A DNA stretch of 64,000 bases, taken from the sequence record OR539220.1; one strand, given 5' to 3'. The notes below the pieces were generated by a model. It had not been told where the DNA came from. It searched no databases and saw nothing but the letters and a program-made list of their open reading frames with translations. Below are positions 42,091 to 53,600 of the stretch, in pieces. This stretch comes from Escherichia phage vB-Eco-KMB40. The first letter of the stretch is position 1, and the number at the start of each line of letters is the position of its first letter. The position numbers and the translations under genes are program-made.

Positions 42091-42707
42091 TCGCAATACT
42101 CTGGGTCTTCGAGAGGTATCCAACCTGAGTTGAAATACTTTACCATCGATTTAGCAGTTGTATCAGTTATATTTATATTACCTTTAACTCTTCGCCATCC
42201 AGGAGTTTTACCGTACAGATTAGAGGATAATAATAACACATAATTCTCGTAAGCAATATGAGATAATTTCCAAGACTCTATATTAGCTCGTGATGTTTTC
42301 CAAGGTCTAAAATCGTCACGGTTCATATAATTAGCCAATCTCATATGCTCTCTAACTTCCGGGTCTTTAGCTGGATGAGTTTCACCACTCACACCAAATC
42401 CACCACCAGCATATACCAGATTAAAATAGTCTGGATTATCTCTGGCATTTACTTCAAGTTGGTATTTTCGTTCTGCTTCAATAACATCCAAGTCATCATC
42501 AATTTGAATTATTTTAACGCTCGGTTTTTGAAGCATTACCGCATTCAAAAATCTTTTTTGTTTACATGAGCTCCAGTATTCCTTTCCGGAAGAGTCATAT
42601 ATTATTCCGTTCTCAAATGAGCAATTTAATTTACTACCGATATAGTAGTATGGCGGAGTCTTATTTTTGACACGGTCTTCAAATGTAAACCAATATACTA
42701 TATTCAT
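42075..42707 (-). CDS. segG: GIY-YIG homing endonuclease SegG (free-standing)
   Basis: 210 aa; N-terminal IVYWFTFEDRVKNKTPPYYYIGSK; between genes 59 and 32; stop codon lies inside gene 32 operator. Confidence 0.8.
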   Translation of the reverse strand: MNIVYWFTFEDRVKNKTPPYYYIGSKLNCSFENGIIYDSSGKEYWSSCKQKRFLNAVMLQKPSVKIIQIDDDLDVIEAERKYQLEVNARDNPDYFNLVYAGGGFGVSGETHPAKDPEVREHMRLANYMNRDDFRPWKTSRANIESWKLSHIAYENYVLLLSSNLYGKTPGWRRVKGNINITDTTAKSMVKYFNSGWIPLEDPEYCELCQL

Positions 42708-42708
42708 A

Positions 42709-43362
42709 TCAATACTTGCAAGATTTCACAGTTTCAATGAAAACATTTTTAGCTTTCTGTGAATCAATATTTAAAATTTTTCTATAAGCCTTTAACTTTA
42801 TAGAATAATTATTCCAGACTAAATTATCAGTCTGTTCATCGTGTTTATCAATTATATTTAAAAACGAATCAAGCAAGATAAACGTCTCAAACGAAATTAT
42901 GTTCGATTGCAGAAGTTTAAAAATATAACTTGACTGAACCTTTGGATTATATTCAAAGATTTCTTTAAAAGCAGAAACTTCAACTTTTTTACTAAAATAG
43001 TAAATATTGCGAATATCTTCTTCAAACTTAAACTTAATTTGCTTTAAGCGTCCGATATATTCACGATAAAACACAAGTGCATCAGCGTCAGAGATGTCGC
43101 CAATCCAAGCATCTTGGTTAGCAACCAAATTACTTATAAAGATTAAAGCGAGTTCCTTTAATTTATATTTTTCTGATAACTTCTGGAAAAAATACTTATC
43201 CCTTCGCTTTTGATAAGCGGCATCAGACACCCGCATGCACCAATTATACTTAATAACATCATACTTTCCATTCATATGTTGTTTTATCATTAAGTATAAT
43301 TTATAAACTGATTTACCATCAATGTATCTTTCACCACCAGCAGGCATGCGGAGTTTAATCAT
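42709..43362 (-). CDS. 59: helicase loader gp59
   Basis: 217 aa; matches T4 gp59. Confidence 0.9.
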   Translation of the reverse strand: MIKLRMPAGGERYIDGKSVYKLYLMIKQHMNGKYDVIKYNWCMRVSDAAYQKRRDKYFFQKLSEKYKLKELALIFISNLVANQDAWIGDISDADALVFYREYIGRLKQIKFKFEEDIRNIYYFSKKVEVSAFKEIFEYNPKVQSSYIFKLLQSNIISFETFILLDSFLNIIDKHDEQTDNLVWNNYSIKLKAYRKILNIDSQKAKNVFIETVKSCKY

Positions 43363-43697
43363 AGCAGAAAATCTAATGTATTAGTTTTTTCACAACGAAC
43401 AACAGAAGGACGTAAAAGATTTTCGTCAATAGCTTCTGACTGGATTTTTTCAATTATCCCCGAAGGAATAAATTTAGCAAATTGAGTTTCAGGAATAGAG
43501 TTTTCTTCCAAGAATGCTGTCGTAGCTTCAAGATAACTCATTCCAAACTCTTCTACCATTTTTTCAATGATAAATCCATTTTCTTGTCGATCAAGAAGCT
43601 TTGCGATTTCATCTTTTTCCTTTTTAAGGGAAAGTTCTTTTTCTGAAAGCCCGGCCTCATCGACCGGACGAATATCATTTAGAGAAAACTGTGTCAT
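43359..43697 (-). CDS. 33: late transcription co-activator gp33
   Basis: 112 aa from ATG 43697 (MTQFSLNDIRPVDE...). Confidence 0.85.
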   Translation of the reverse strand: MTQFSLNDIRPVDEAGLSEKELSLKKEKDEIAKLLDRQENGFIIEKMVEEFGMSYLEATTAFLEENSIPETQFAKFIPSGIIEKIQSEAIDENLLRPSVVRCEKTNTLDFLL

Positions 43698-43944
43698 AAA
43701 GTTCAACTACCTCTTCAGTTTCAGCTTCAAACACATCACGGTTATCTTTATGATATAGAGCCAAAAGACGATTAAACATCTTGCCATCAACACCAAGTTC
43801 ATCTTTGGCACGAATTCGAATATCTTTAATCAATTCATTATAACCGGAAATTTTCAGTTTATGATCAGATGCTTCTTTAATAAATTTAGCCAAGTCTTCG
43901 CCGTGGATAGCTTCATCAAATTCAACCATTTCTTTTTTAGCCAT
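43675..43944 (-). CDS. dsbA: double-stranded DNA-binding protein DsbA
   Basis: 89 aa; size and position as T4 dsbA. Confidence 0.75.
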   Translation of the reverse strand: MAKKEMVEFDEAIHGEDLAKFIKEASDHKLKISGYNELIKDIRIRAKDELGVDGKMFNRLLALYHKDNRDVFEAETEEVVELYDTVFSK

Positions 43945-43952
43945 TATTCACC

Positions 43953-44870
43953 TCAAAATTCATTAATGCTATTAGTTAATTTAGAAAGACCAGCTTTTAC
44001 AAAATATGAATAAATTTTGCCACGCGGTGGTAATTTATATGAATTATAGTAATTCACAATGTTTGAAGCAATATTATCAGGAATATAATCAAAATCAATT
44101 AGAACTAAATTTTCTTTATACCGATTATATTCAGATTCTGTGAGAAGCACCTTAGCTTGCTCACGGTCATTAGCAATAGCTTCAACGATTGAAGTTTTCA
44201 TTGAAGGAGTTCGTTCACCTTCAACTTTGGTAAACCAAAAGTCAGATCGTACTTTAACTGAAGCAACGTTATCCTTTTTATCGCCTTTAAGGATTTTAGT
44301 CATACAGTCAATTTCAGCAGAACCGCTTTTAATTTTAACCCATTTCTTATGCATCGGTGACCATTGCTTAACATTTGGATATTTGTGAAGTTGAGTAAAG
44401 TCACCATCAGATGAAATGATTAAAATCTTATGTCCTTCTAAAGAGAACTTTTTAACAAGAACAGCAATGTGGTCATCCGCTTCATACTTATCAATATCCA
44501 TAACAATGTATGGCATATAAGCTTTCAATTCATCTATAACTTTATGGCTGGATTCAAAATAACCTTCCCAGTCCCAAGTCGATTCTTCTCGTGCTTTTCC
44601 ACGGTTTTTCTTATAATAATAAGCGAAATCACGACGCCAGTATCCAGATTTCGCGTTATCAATACACAGTACAATTTTAGTGTATCCAAGAGTTTTTGCT
44701 TTTTTGACATTAAACTTAATTGAGTTCAATATCAAATGACGAACCATTGATAAATTAATTTTTTCTTTATCTGGGAAGTTTACTAAAGCAGTTGAAAGCG
44801 CAATTTGACTAAAGTCAATAAAGCAAATTCCTTCTTTGTAATCTTCATCCAGCATCATTTCTAAATCCAT
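43953..44870 (-). CDS. rnh: RNase H (5'-3' exonuclease)
   Basis: 305 aa from ATG 44870 (MDLEMMLDEDYKEG...); matches T4 RNase H. Confidence 0.9.
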   Translation of the reverse strand: MDLEMMLDEDYKEGICFIDFSQIALSTALVNFPDKEKINLSMVRHLILNSIKFNVKKAKTLGYTKIVLCIDNAKSGYWRRDFAYYYKKNRGKAREESTWDWEGYFESSHKVIDELKAYMPYIVMDIDKYEADDHIAVLVKKFSLEGHKILIISSDGDFTQLHKYPNVKQWSPMHKKWVKIKSGSAEIDCMTKILKGDKKDNVASVKVRSDFWFTKVEGERTPSMKTSIVEAIANDREQAKVLLTESEYNRYKENLVLIDFDYIPDNIASNIVNYYNSYKLPPRGKIYSYFVKAGLSKLTNSINEF

Positions 44871-44899
44871 ATGAACCTCGTTCAATTAGTGAGATTTCT

Positions 44900-44929
44900 A
44901 TTATATACCATCCAAATCTTAAAGTAAAC
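44900..44929 (-). promoter_or_regulatory. early promoter for rnh
   Basis: Minus GTTTAC (plus 44924-44929), 18 nt, TATAAT. Confidence 0.45.
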
Positions 44930-44932
44930 AAG

Positions 44933-44940
44933 TATAAATA
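44933..44940 (+). promoter_or_regulatory. late promoter TATAAATA for gene 34
   Basis: Exact octamer 35 nt upstream of gene 34 ATG; RBS AGGAG. Confidence 0.55.
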
Positions 44941-44974
44941 CTTATTATTGAAAACACAATAGGAGCCCGGGAGA

Positions 44975-47900
44975 ATGGCCGAGATTAAAAGAAAGTTCAG
45001 AGCAGAAGACGGTCTGGACGCAGGTGGCGATAAAATAATCAACGTAGCTTTAGCTGATCGTACCGTAGGAACTGACGGTGTTAACGTTGATTACTTAATT
45101 CAAGAAAACACAGTTCAACAATATGATCCAACTCGTGGATATTTAAAAGATTTTGTAATCATTTATGATAACCGCTTTTGGGCTGCTATAAATGATATTC
45201 CAAAACCAGCAGGAGCTTTTAATAGCGTACGATGGAGAGCGTTACGTACTGATGCAAACTGGACAACTGTTTCGTCAGGACCTTATCAATTAAAATCAGG
45301 CGAATCGATTTCAGTTAACACTGCAGCGGGTAATGACATTACATTTACTTTGCCATCTTCTCCGATTGATGGTGATACTATCGTTCTCCAAGATATTGGA
45401 GGAAAACCTGGAGTTAACCAGGTTTTAATTACAGCTCCGGTACAAAGCATTGTAAACTTTAGAGGTCAACAAGTACGCTCAGTACTAATGACTCATCCAA
45501 AATCACAGATAGTTTTAATTTTTAGTAATCGTCTGTGGCAAATGTATGTTGCTGATTATAGCAGAGAAGCGGCAGTTGTAACGCCAGCGAGTCTTTATCA
45601 AGCGCAATCAAACGATTTTATCGTGCGTAGATTTACTTCTGCTTCAGCAATTAATATTAAACTTCCTAGATTTGCTAATCATGGGGATATTATTAATTTT
45701 GTTGATTTAGATAAATTAAATCCGTTATATCATACTATCGTTACTACATACGATGAAACGACTTCAGTACAAGAAGTTGGAACTCATTCCATTGAAGGCC
45801 GTACATCTATTGATGGTTTCTTAATGTTTGATGATAATGAGAAATTGTGGAGATTATTTGACGGGGATAGTAAAGCACGTTTACGCATTATAACAACTAA
45901 TTCAAACATCCGTCCAAATGAAGAAGTCATGGTATTTGGCGCGAATAATGGAACAACTCAAACAATTGAACTTCAGCTTCCGACTGATATTTCTGTTGGT
46001 GATACTGTCAAAATTTCCATGAATTACATGAGAAAAGGACAAACAGTTAAAATCAAAGCTGCCGGTGAAGATAAAATTGCTTCTTCAGTTCAATTGTTGC
46101 AATTTCCAAAACGTTCAGAATACCCACCTGAAACTAAATGGGTGACTGTTCAAGAATTAGTTTTTAATGGCGAAACCAATTATGTTCCAGTTTTACAGCT
46201 TGCTTATATCGAAGATTCCGATGGAAAATATTGGGTTGTACAGCAAAACGTTCCAACTGTAGAAAGAGTAGACTCTTTAAATAATTCTACTAGAGCAAGA
46301 TTAGGTGTAATTGCATTAGCTACACAGGCTCAAGCTAATGCAGATTTAGAAAATTCTCCACAAAAAGAATTGGCAATTACTCCAGAAACGTTAGCTAATC
46401 GTACTGCTACAGAAACTCGTAGAGGTATTGCAAGAATAGCAACAACTGCGCAAGTAAACCAGGATACCACATTCTCTTTTGCAGATGACCTTATCATTAC
46501 TCCTAAAAAGCTGAATGAAAGAACTGCTACAGAAACTCGCAGAGGTGTCGCAGAAATTGCTACGCAGCAGGAAACTAATACAGGTACTGATGATACTACA
46601 ATCATCACTCCTAAAAAGCTTCAAGCTCGACAAGGTTCTGAATCATTATCTGGTATTGTAACCTTTGTATCTACCGCAGGAGCTACTCCAGCTTCTAGTC
46701 GTGAATTAAATGGTACAAATGTTTACAATAAAAACACTAATAATTTAGTTGTTTCGCCTAAAGCTTTAGATCAATATAAAGCTACTCCAACGCAACAAGG
46801 TGCAGTAATTTTAGCAGTTGAAAGTGAAGTAATTGCTGGACAGAGTCAAGAAGGATGGGCAAATGCGGTTGTAACGCCAGAAACGTTACATAAAAAGACA
46901 TCAACTGATGGAAGAATTGGTTTAATTGAAATTGCTACGCAAAGTGAAGTTAATACAGGAACTGATTATACTCGCGCAGTCACTCCTAAAACTTTAAATG
47001 ACCGTAGAGCAACTGAAAGTTTAAGTGGTATAGCTGAAATTGCTACGCAAGTTGAATTCGACGCAGGCGTCGACGATACTCGTATCTCTACACCATTAAA
47101 AATTAAAACTAGATTTAATAGTACTGATCGTACTTCTGTTGTTGCTCTATCTGGATTAGTTGAATCAGGAACTCTCTGGGACCATTATACCCTTAATATT
47201 CTTGAAGCAAATGAGACACAACGTGGTACACTTCGTGTGGCTACACAAGTTGAAGCTGCTGCCGGAAAATTAGATAATGTTTTAATAACTCCTAAAAAGC
47301 TTTTAGGTACTAAATCTACCGAATCGCAAGAAGGTGTTATTAAAGTTGCAACTCAGTCTGAAACTGTGGCTGGAACGTCAGCGAACACTGCTGTATCTCC
47401 AAAAAATTTAAAATGGATTGTGCAGAGTGAACCTACCTGGGCAGCTACTACTGCAGTAAGAGGTTTTGTTAAAACTTCATCTGGTTCAATTACATTTGTC
47501 GGTAATGATACAGTCGGTTCTACCCAAGATTTAGAACTGTATGAGAAAAATAGCTATGCAGTATCACCATACGAATTAAACCGTGTATTAGCAAATTATT
47601 TACCGTTAAAAGCAAAAGCTGCTGATAGTAATTTATTGGATGGTCTAGATTCATCTCAGTTCATTCGTAGGGACATTGCGCAGACGGTTAATGGTTCACT
47701 AACCTTAACCCAACAAACGAATCTGAGTGCCCCTCTTGTATCATCTAGTACTGCTACGTTTGGTGGTTCAGTTTCGGCAAATAGTGTACTAACTATTTCT
47801 AATACTGGAACAGAAACTCATCTGATTTTTGAGAAAGGACCTCAAACTGGAACTAACCAAGCACAGACGGTGACTATTAGAGTGTGGGGTAATCAATTTA

Positions 47901-48844
47901 GTGGTGAATCAGATGCAACGCGTTCTACTGTATTTGAAGTTAGTGATGAAACATCTTATCACTTTTATTCTCAACGCGATAAAGATGGTAATATAGCATT
48001 TAGCATTAATGGTACTGTAATGCCAATAAATGTGAATGCTTTAGGTTCTTTGAACGCGAACGGCGCTGCAACATTCGGCAGTTCAGTTACTGCTAATGGC
48101 GAATTTATCAGTAAATCGTCGAATGCTTTTAGAGCAATAAACGGTGATTATGGATTCTTTATTCGTAATGATGCTGCTAACACCTATTTTATGCTTACTG
48201 CATCAGGTGATCAGACTGGTGGATTTAATGGATTACGTCCTTTAGCTATTAATAATGCATCTGGCCAAGTAACGATTGGCGAAAGCTTAATCATTGCCAA
48301 AGGTGCTACTATAAATTCAGGTGGTTTGACTGTTAACTCGAGAATTCGTTCTCAGGGTACTAAAACATCTGATTTATACACCCGCGCGCCAACATCTGAT
48401 ACAGTAGGATTCTGGTCAATCGATATTAACGATTCAGCCACTTATAACCAGTTCCCTGGTTATTTTAAAATGGTTGAAAAAACTAATGAAGTGACTGGAC
48501 TTCCATACTTAGAACGTGGCGAAGAAGTTAAATCTCCTGGTACACTGACTCAGTTTGGTAACACACTTGATTCGCTTTACCAAGATTGGATTACTTATCC
48601 AACAACACCAGAAGCACGTACCACTCGTTGGACACGCACATGGCAGAAAACCAAAAACTCTTGGTCAAGTTTTGTTCAGGTATTTGATGGGGGTAACCCT
48701 CCTCAGCCATCTGATATTGGTGCTTTACCATCTGATAATGCTATAATGGGGAATCTTACTATTCGTGATTTCTTACGAATTGGTAATGTTCGCATTGTTC
48801 CTGACCCAGTGAATAAAACGGTTAAATTTGAATGGGTTGAATAA
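44975..48844 (+). CDS. 34: long tail fibre proximal subunit gp34
   Basis: 1289 aa; matches T4 gp34 in length and sequence as recalled. Confidence 0.95.
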   Translation: MAEIKRKFRAEDGLDAGGDKIINVALADRTVGTDGVNVDYLIQENTVQQYDPTRGYLKDFVIIYDNRFWAAINDIPKPAGAFNSVRWRALRTDANWTTVSSGPYQLKSGESISVNTAAGNDITFTLPSSPIDGDTIVLQDIGGKPGVNQVLITAPVQSIVNFRGQQVRSVLMTHPKSQIVLIFSNRLWQMYVADYSREAAVVTPASLYQAQSNDFIVRRFTSASAINIKLPRFANHGDIINFVDLDKLNPLYHTIVTTYDETTSVQEVGTHSIEGRTSIDGFLMFDDNEKLWRLFDGDSKARLRIITTNSNIRPNEEVMVFGANNGTTQTIELQLPTDISVGDTVKISMNYMRKGQTVKIKAAGEDKIASSVQLLQFPKRSEYPPETKWVTVQELVFNGETNYVPVLQLAYIEDSDGKYWVVQQNVPTVERVDSLNNSTRARLGVIALATQAQANADLENSPQKELAITPETLANRTATETRRGIARIATTAQVNQDTTFSFADDLIITPKKLNERTATETRRGVAEIATQQETNTGTDDTTIITPKKLQARQGSESLSGIVTFVSTAGATPASSRELNGTNVYNKNTNNLVVSPKALDQYKATPTQQGAVILAVESEVIAGQSQEGWANAVVTPETLHKKTSTDGRIGLIEIATQSEVNTGTDYTRAVTPKTLNDRRATESLSGIAEIATQVEFDAGVDDTRISTPLKIKTRFNSTDRTSVVALSGLVESGTLWDHYTLNILEANETQRGTLRVATQVEAAAGKLDNVLITPKKLLGTKSTESQEGVIKVATQSETVAGTSANTAVSPKNLKWIVQSEPTWAATTAVRGFVKTSSGSITFVGNDTVGSTQDLELYEKNSYAVSPYELNRVLANYLPLKAKAADSNLLDGLDSSQFIRRDIAQTVNGSLTLTQQTNLSAPLVSSSTATFGGSVSANSVLTISNTGTETHLIFEKGPQTGTNQAQTVTIRVWGNQFSGESDATRSTVFEVSDETSYHFYSQRDKDGNIAFSINGTVMPINVNALGSLNANGAATFGSSVTANGEFISKSSNAFRAINGDYGFFIRNDAANTYFMLTASGDQTGGFNGLRPLAINNASGQVTIGESLIIAKGATINSGGLTVNSRIRSQGTKTSDLYTRAPTSDTVGFWSIDINDSATYNQFPGYFKMVEKTNEVTGLPYLERGEEVKSPGTLTQFGNTLDSLYQDWITYPTTPEARTTRWTRTWQKTKNSWSSFVQVFDGGNPPQPSDIGALPSDNAIMGNLTIRDFLRIGNVRIVPDPVNKTVKFEWVE
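46380..47370 (+). repeat. periodic roughly 40-residue fibre repeats within gene 34
   Basis: Six or more copies of T-(A)TE-(S/T)-x-x-G-(I/V)-x-x-(I/V)-AT-Q motif, e.g. TATETRRGIARIATTAQ, TATETRRGVAEIATQQE, STESQEGVIKVATQSE. Confidence 0.45.
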
Positions 48845-48852
48845 GAGGTATT

Positions 48853-49968
48853 ATGGAAAAATTTATGGCAGAGTTTGGACAAGGATACGTCCAAACGCCA
48901 TTTTTATCGGAAAGCAATTCAGTAAGATACAAAATAAGTATAGCGGGTTCTTGCCCGCTTTCTACCGCAGGACCATATGTTAAATTTCAGGATAATCCTG
49001 TAGGAAATCAAACATTTAGCACAGGTCTTCATTTAAGAGTTTTTGATCCTTCTACAGGAGCATTAGTTGATAGTAAGTCATATGCTTTTTCTACTTCAAA
49101 TGATACTACATCAACTGCTTTTGTTAGTTTCATGAATTCTTTGACGAATAATAGAATTGTTGCTATATTAACTAGCGGAAAGGTTAATTTTCCTCCTGAA
49201 GTAGTATCTTGGTTAAGAACAGCAGGAACGTCTGCTTTTCCATCTGACTCTGTACTGTCAAGATTTGATGTATCATATGCTGCTTTTTACACTTCTTCTA
49301 AAAGAGCTATCGCATTAGAGCATGTTAAACTGAGTAACAGAAAAAGCACAGATGATTATCAAACTATTTTAGATGTTGTATTTGACAGTTTAGAAGACGT
49401 TGGAGCTACCGGGTTTCCAAGAAGAACATATGAAAGCGTTGAGCAGTTTATGTCAGAGGTTGGTGGAACTAATAACGAAATTGCGCGTCTACCAACTTCA
49501 GCTGCTATAAGTAAATTATCTGATTATAATTTAATTCCAGGCGATGTTCTTTATCTTAAAGCACAACTATATGCTGATGCCGATTTACTTGCTCTTGGAA
49601 CTACGAATATATCCATTAGATTTTATAATGAATCGGATGGATATATTTCTTCAACATATGCTGAGTTTACTGGTCAAGCTGGGTCATGGGAATTAAAGGA
49701 AGACTATGTAGTTGTTCCTGAAAATGCGGTAGGATTTACGATATATGCACAAAGAACTGCCCAAGCAGGTCAAGGAGGCATGAGAAATTTAAGCTTTTCT
49801 GAAGTATCAAGAAATGGCGGCATTTCAAAACCTGCTGAATTTGGCGTCAACGGTATTCGCGTTAATTATGTCTGTGAATCCGCTTCGCCTCCAGATATAA
49901 TGGTACTTCCTACACAAGCATCGTCTAAAACTGGTAAAGTGTTTGGACAAGAATTTAGAGAAGTTTAA
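48853..49968 (+). CDS. 35: long tail fibre hinge protein gp35
   Basis: 371 aa; position and size as T4 gp35. Confidence 0.85.
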   Translation: MEKFMAEFGQGYVQTPFLSESNSVRYKISIAGSCPLSTAGPYVKFQDNPVGNQTFSTGLHLRVFDPSTGALVDSKSYAFSTSNDTTSTAFVSFMNSLTNNRIVAILTSGKVNFPPEVVSWLRTAGTSAFPSDSVLSRFDVSYAAFYTSSKRAIALEHVKLSNRKSTDDYQTILDVVFDSLEDVGATGFPRRTYESVEQFMSEVGGTNNEIARLPTSAAISKLSDYNLIPGDVLYLKAQLYADADLLALGTTNISIRFYNESDGYISSTYAEFTGQAGSWELKEDYVVVPENAVGFTIYAQRTAQAGQGGMRNLSFSEVSRNGGISKPAEFGVNGIRVNYVCESASPPDIMVLPTQASSKTGKVFGQEFREV

Positions 49969-49973
49969 ATTGA

Positions 49974-49999
49974 GGGAGCCTTCGGGTTCCCTTTTTCTT
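49974..49999 (+). terminator. hairpin GGGAGCC-UUCG-GGUUCCC plus U-run after gene 35
   Basis: 7-bp stem (one G-U pair), UUCG loop, TTTTTCTTT tail. Confidence 0.5.
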
Positions 50000-50007
50000 T
50001 ATAAATA
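50000..50007 (+). promoter_or_regulatory. late promoter TATAAATA for genes 36-37-38
   Basis: Exact octamer 24 nt upstream of gene 36 ATG. Confidence 0.55.
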
Positions 50008-50030
50008 CTATTAAAATAAAGGGGCATACA

Positions 50031-50687
50031 ATGGCTGATTTAAAAGTAGGTTCAACAACCGGAGGCTCTGTCATTTGGCATCAAGGAAATTTTCCATTGA
50101 ATCCAGCTGGTGACGATGTACTCTATAAATCATTTAAAATATATTCAGAATATAATAAACCACAAGCTGCTGATAACGATTTCGTTTCTAAAGCTAATGG
50201 TGGTACTTATTTAAATAAAGTAATTTTTAATAAAGGAATGACTGTTCCTGGCGCAGGGTCAGGTGATAATGGTATTTTTGCTGGTCCTGGTGATAGTGCC
50301 ACGTATGATACTACAAATATGGATATTGTTTCGTGGTATGGTATTGGTTTTAAATCATCACAAGGAACAGCAGGTAGAACTGTAGTAATTAACACGCGAA
50401 ATGGAGATATTAGCTCAAAGGGTGTAATTGAAGCATCACAAATCCGTGTAACTTCGTTATCACCGGTAAATAATTATGACCTTACGCGGAAAGATTATGT
50501 TGATGGAGCAATAAATATTGTTACAGCAAACGCAAACTCTAGGGTATTACGCTCTGGAGACACTATGACAGGAAATTTAACTGCGCCAAACCTTTTTTCA
50601 CAGAATCCTGCGTCTCAACCCTCGCATGTTCCACGATTTGATCAAATTGTTATTAAGGATTCTGTTCAAGATTTCGGCTATTATTAA
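50031..50687 (+). CDS. 36: long tail fibre distal connector gp36
   Basis: 218 aa; position and size as T4 gp36. Confidence 0.85.
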   Translation: MADLKVGSTTGGSVIWHQGNFPLNPAGDDVLYKSFKIYSEYNKPQAADNDFVSKANGGTYLNKVIFNKGMTVPGAGSGDNGIFAGPGDSATYDTTNMDIVSWYGIGFKSSQGTAGRTVVINTRNGDISSKGVIEASQIRVTSLSPVNNYDLTRKDYVDGAINIVTANANSRVLRSGDTMTGNLTAPNLFSQNPASQPSHVPRFDQIVIKDSVQDFGYY

Positions 50688-50695
50688 GAGGACTT

Positions 50696-53600
50696 ATGGC
50701 TACTTTAAAACAAATACAATTTAAAAGAAGCAAAACTGCAGGAGCACGTCCTGCCGCTTCAGTATTAGCCGAAGGCGAATTGGCTATAAACTTAAAAGAC
50801 CGTGTACTTTTTACTAAAGATGACCAAGGAAATATTATTGATCTGGGTTTTGCTAAAGGCGGTAGTATTGACGGGAATGTTATTCATACAGGCAATTATA
50901 ACCAAACTGGCGATTATACTTTAGATGGCACCTTCACTCAGACTGGTAATTTTAATTTAACTGGTATTGCTCGAGTAACTCGCGATATTATTGCCGCTGG
51001 GCAGATTATGACTGAAGGCGGAGAACTTATTACAAAAAGTTCAGGTACAGCGCATGTTCGTTTTTTCGATGGCAATAGTCGCGAACGTGGAATCATTTAT
51101 TCCCCGGCTAATGATGGTTTAACTACACAAGTACTTAATATCAGGGTTCAAGACTACGCCGCTGGTAGCGAAAGCACTTATGCATTTTCAGGCAGTGGCC
51201 TATTTACTTCACCTGAAGTATCAGCATGGAAATCTATTTCGTCTCCACAAATTCTGACCGACAAAGTTATTACAAACGGGAAGAAGGCAGGAGATTATGA
51301 TATCTATTCATTAGCAAATAACACCCCATTATCTGAAAGCACTACTGCTATTAATCATCTTCGTGTCATGCGTAATGCCGTAGGTGCAGGTATTTTTCAT
51401 GAGGTTAAAGACAATGATGGGATAACTTGGTATACAGGTGATGGACTTGACGCTTATCTTTGGTCGTTTACATGGTCCGGTGGATTGAAAGCGGGTCATT
51501 CTATTTCTATAGGCACCCCAGGCGGCCCTAAAGGATATTCTGAATTAGGAACGTCCTCAATTGCTTTAGGAGATAATGATACTGGGTTTAAATGGCATCA
51601 AGACGGATATTATTTTAGCGTTAATAATGGAACGAAAACATTTTTATTTAGTCCTAGCGAAACAACTAGCCTAAGAAAATTTGTAGCTGGATATTCTACC
51701 AACGGAACCGATTTAACTACTCCTCCAACTGAAAACTATGCTCTTGCTACTGTAGTGACATACCACGATAATAACGCGTTTGGAGATGGTCAGACTCTTT
51801 TAGGATATTATCAAGGCGGTAATTATCATCACTATTTCCGTGGTAAGGGTACTACAAACATTAATACTCATGGCGGTTTGTTAGTTACTCCTGGTAATAT
51901 TGACGTTATTGGTGGTTCTGTTAATATCGATGGTATAAATAATGCTTCTACACTGTTGTTTAGAGGTAACACAACTGGTAGTAGTTCAGTTGATAATATG
52001 ACAATTTCTGTTTGGGGTAATACGTTTACTAATCCTAGTGTAGGTAATCGTAAAAATGTCATGGAAATTTCTGATCCAACTAGTTGGATGAGCTATATTC
52101 AAAGACTTACAACAGGTGAAGTAGAAATGAACGTTAACGGTTCATTTGAATCATCTGGTGTTACTGCTGGAAATAGGGGAGTTCACACAACAGGCGAAAT
52201 TTCATCTGGAGCAGTGAATGCTCTTCGCATTTGGAATGCAGATTATGGAGCTATTTTTAGACGTTCAGAAGGAAGTCTTCATATTATTCCAACTGCTTAT
52301 GGTGAAGGTAAAAATGGTGATATCGGTCCACTTCGCCCGTTTAGTATGGCTTTAGATACTGGTAAAGTTACTATTCCAGATTTACAATCAAGTTACAATA
52401 CGTTCGCAGCAAACGGCTATATTAAATTTACTGGTCATGGCGCAGGCGCTGGTGGTTATGATATTCAATATGTTCAAGCGGCTCCTATTTTCCAGGAAAT
52501 CGATGATGATGCTGTAAGCAAATATTATCCTATTGTTAAACAGAAGTTTTTAAACGGTAAAGCCGTTTGGTCTTTAGGTACTGAAATTAATTCGGGTACA
52601 TTCGTTATTCATCATCTGAAAGAAGATGGATCACAAGGCCATACGTCTCGTTTTAATCAAGACGGTACTGTTAACTTCCCTGATAACGTTCAGGTCGGCG
52701 GCGGTGAAGCTACTATTGCTCGTAATGGTAATATTTTCTCGGATATTTGGAAATCGTTTACTTCTGCAGGAGACACTACAAATATTCGCGATGCTATTGC
52801 GACTCGTGTTTCGAAAGAAGGCGACACGATGACAGGTCGCTTAACTCTTAATGCAAACTCTGATGCCATCGTTATTAATAGCACGGCAACCGAATCTGGC
52901 TATTTGAAAGGACAAAAAGCAGGCGTTGATAACTGGTATGTAGGTAATGGTGGTGCTGATAATGCCATATCGTTTTATAGTTTCCAAAATAGATCAGGCA
53001 TATATGTTAATAATGGTGGTGATATTGCTTTAAACCCGGAAGGGTCTGCCACTTTTAATTTTAATAGGGACCGAATTTATATAAATGGGTCAGTCTGGAC
53101 CGCACACCAGGCTGGTGACTGGGGTAACCAATGGCGTCAAGAAGCTCCTATATTTGTGGATTTTGGTAGTGTCGGTAATGATAGTTATTATCCTATTATT
53201 AAAGGAAAATCTGTTATTACGAATGAAGGATACATATCTGGTGTTGATTTCGGTATGCGACGCATTCCTAATAACTGGGCTCAGGCTATTATCCGTGTTG
53301 GTAACCAGGAAAATGCTAGCGATCCGCAAGCTATCTTCGAATTCCACTATAATGGAAACATGTACGTTCCTGACATGGTTAAAGCTGGAGTAAGAATATC
53401 AGCTGGTGGAGGTGACCCTGTATGGACAGGCGCATGTGTTGTTATTGGTGATAATGACACCGGATTAGTTCATGGTGGTGACGGCCGAATCAATATGGTT
53501 GCCAATGGTATACATATTGCAAACTGGGGAGCAGGCTATCAATCTCATCCTGGGCTTTGGGATTCAACCGGTGCTTTTTGGACAGAAGTTGGAAGAGCTA

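Noticed and set aside
46330-46633. Antisense ORFs of 92 and 80 aa inside gene 34
   Set aside because: Nested in the repeat region of the tail fibre gene; low-complexity translation of the complement of repeated codons.
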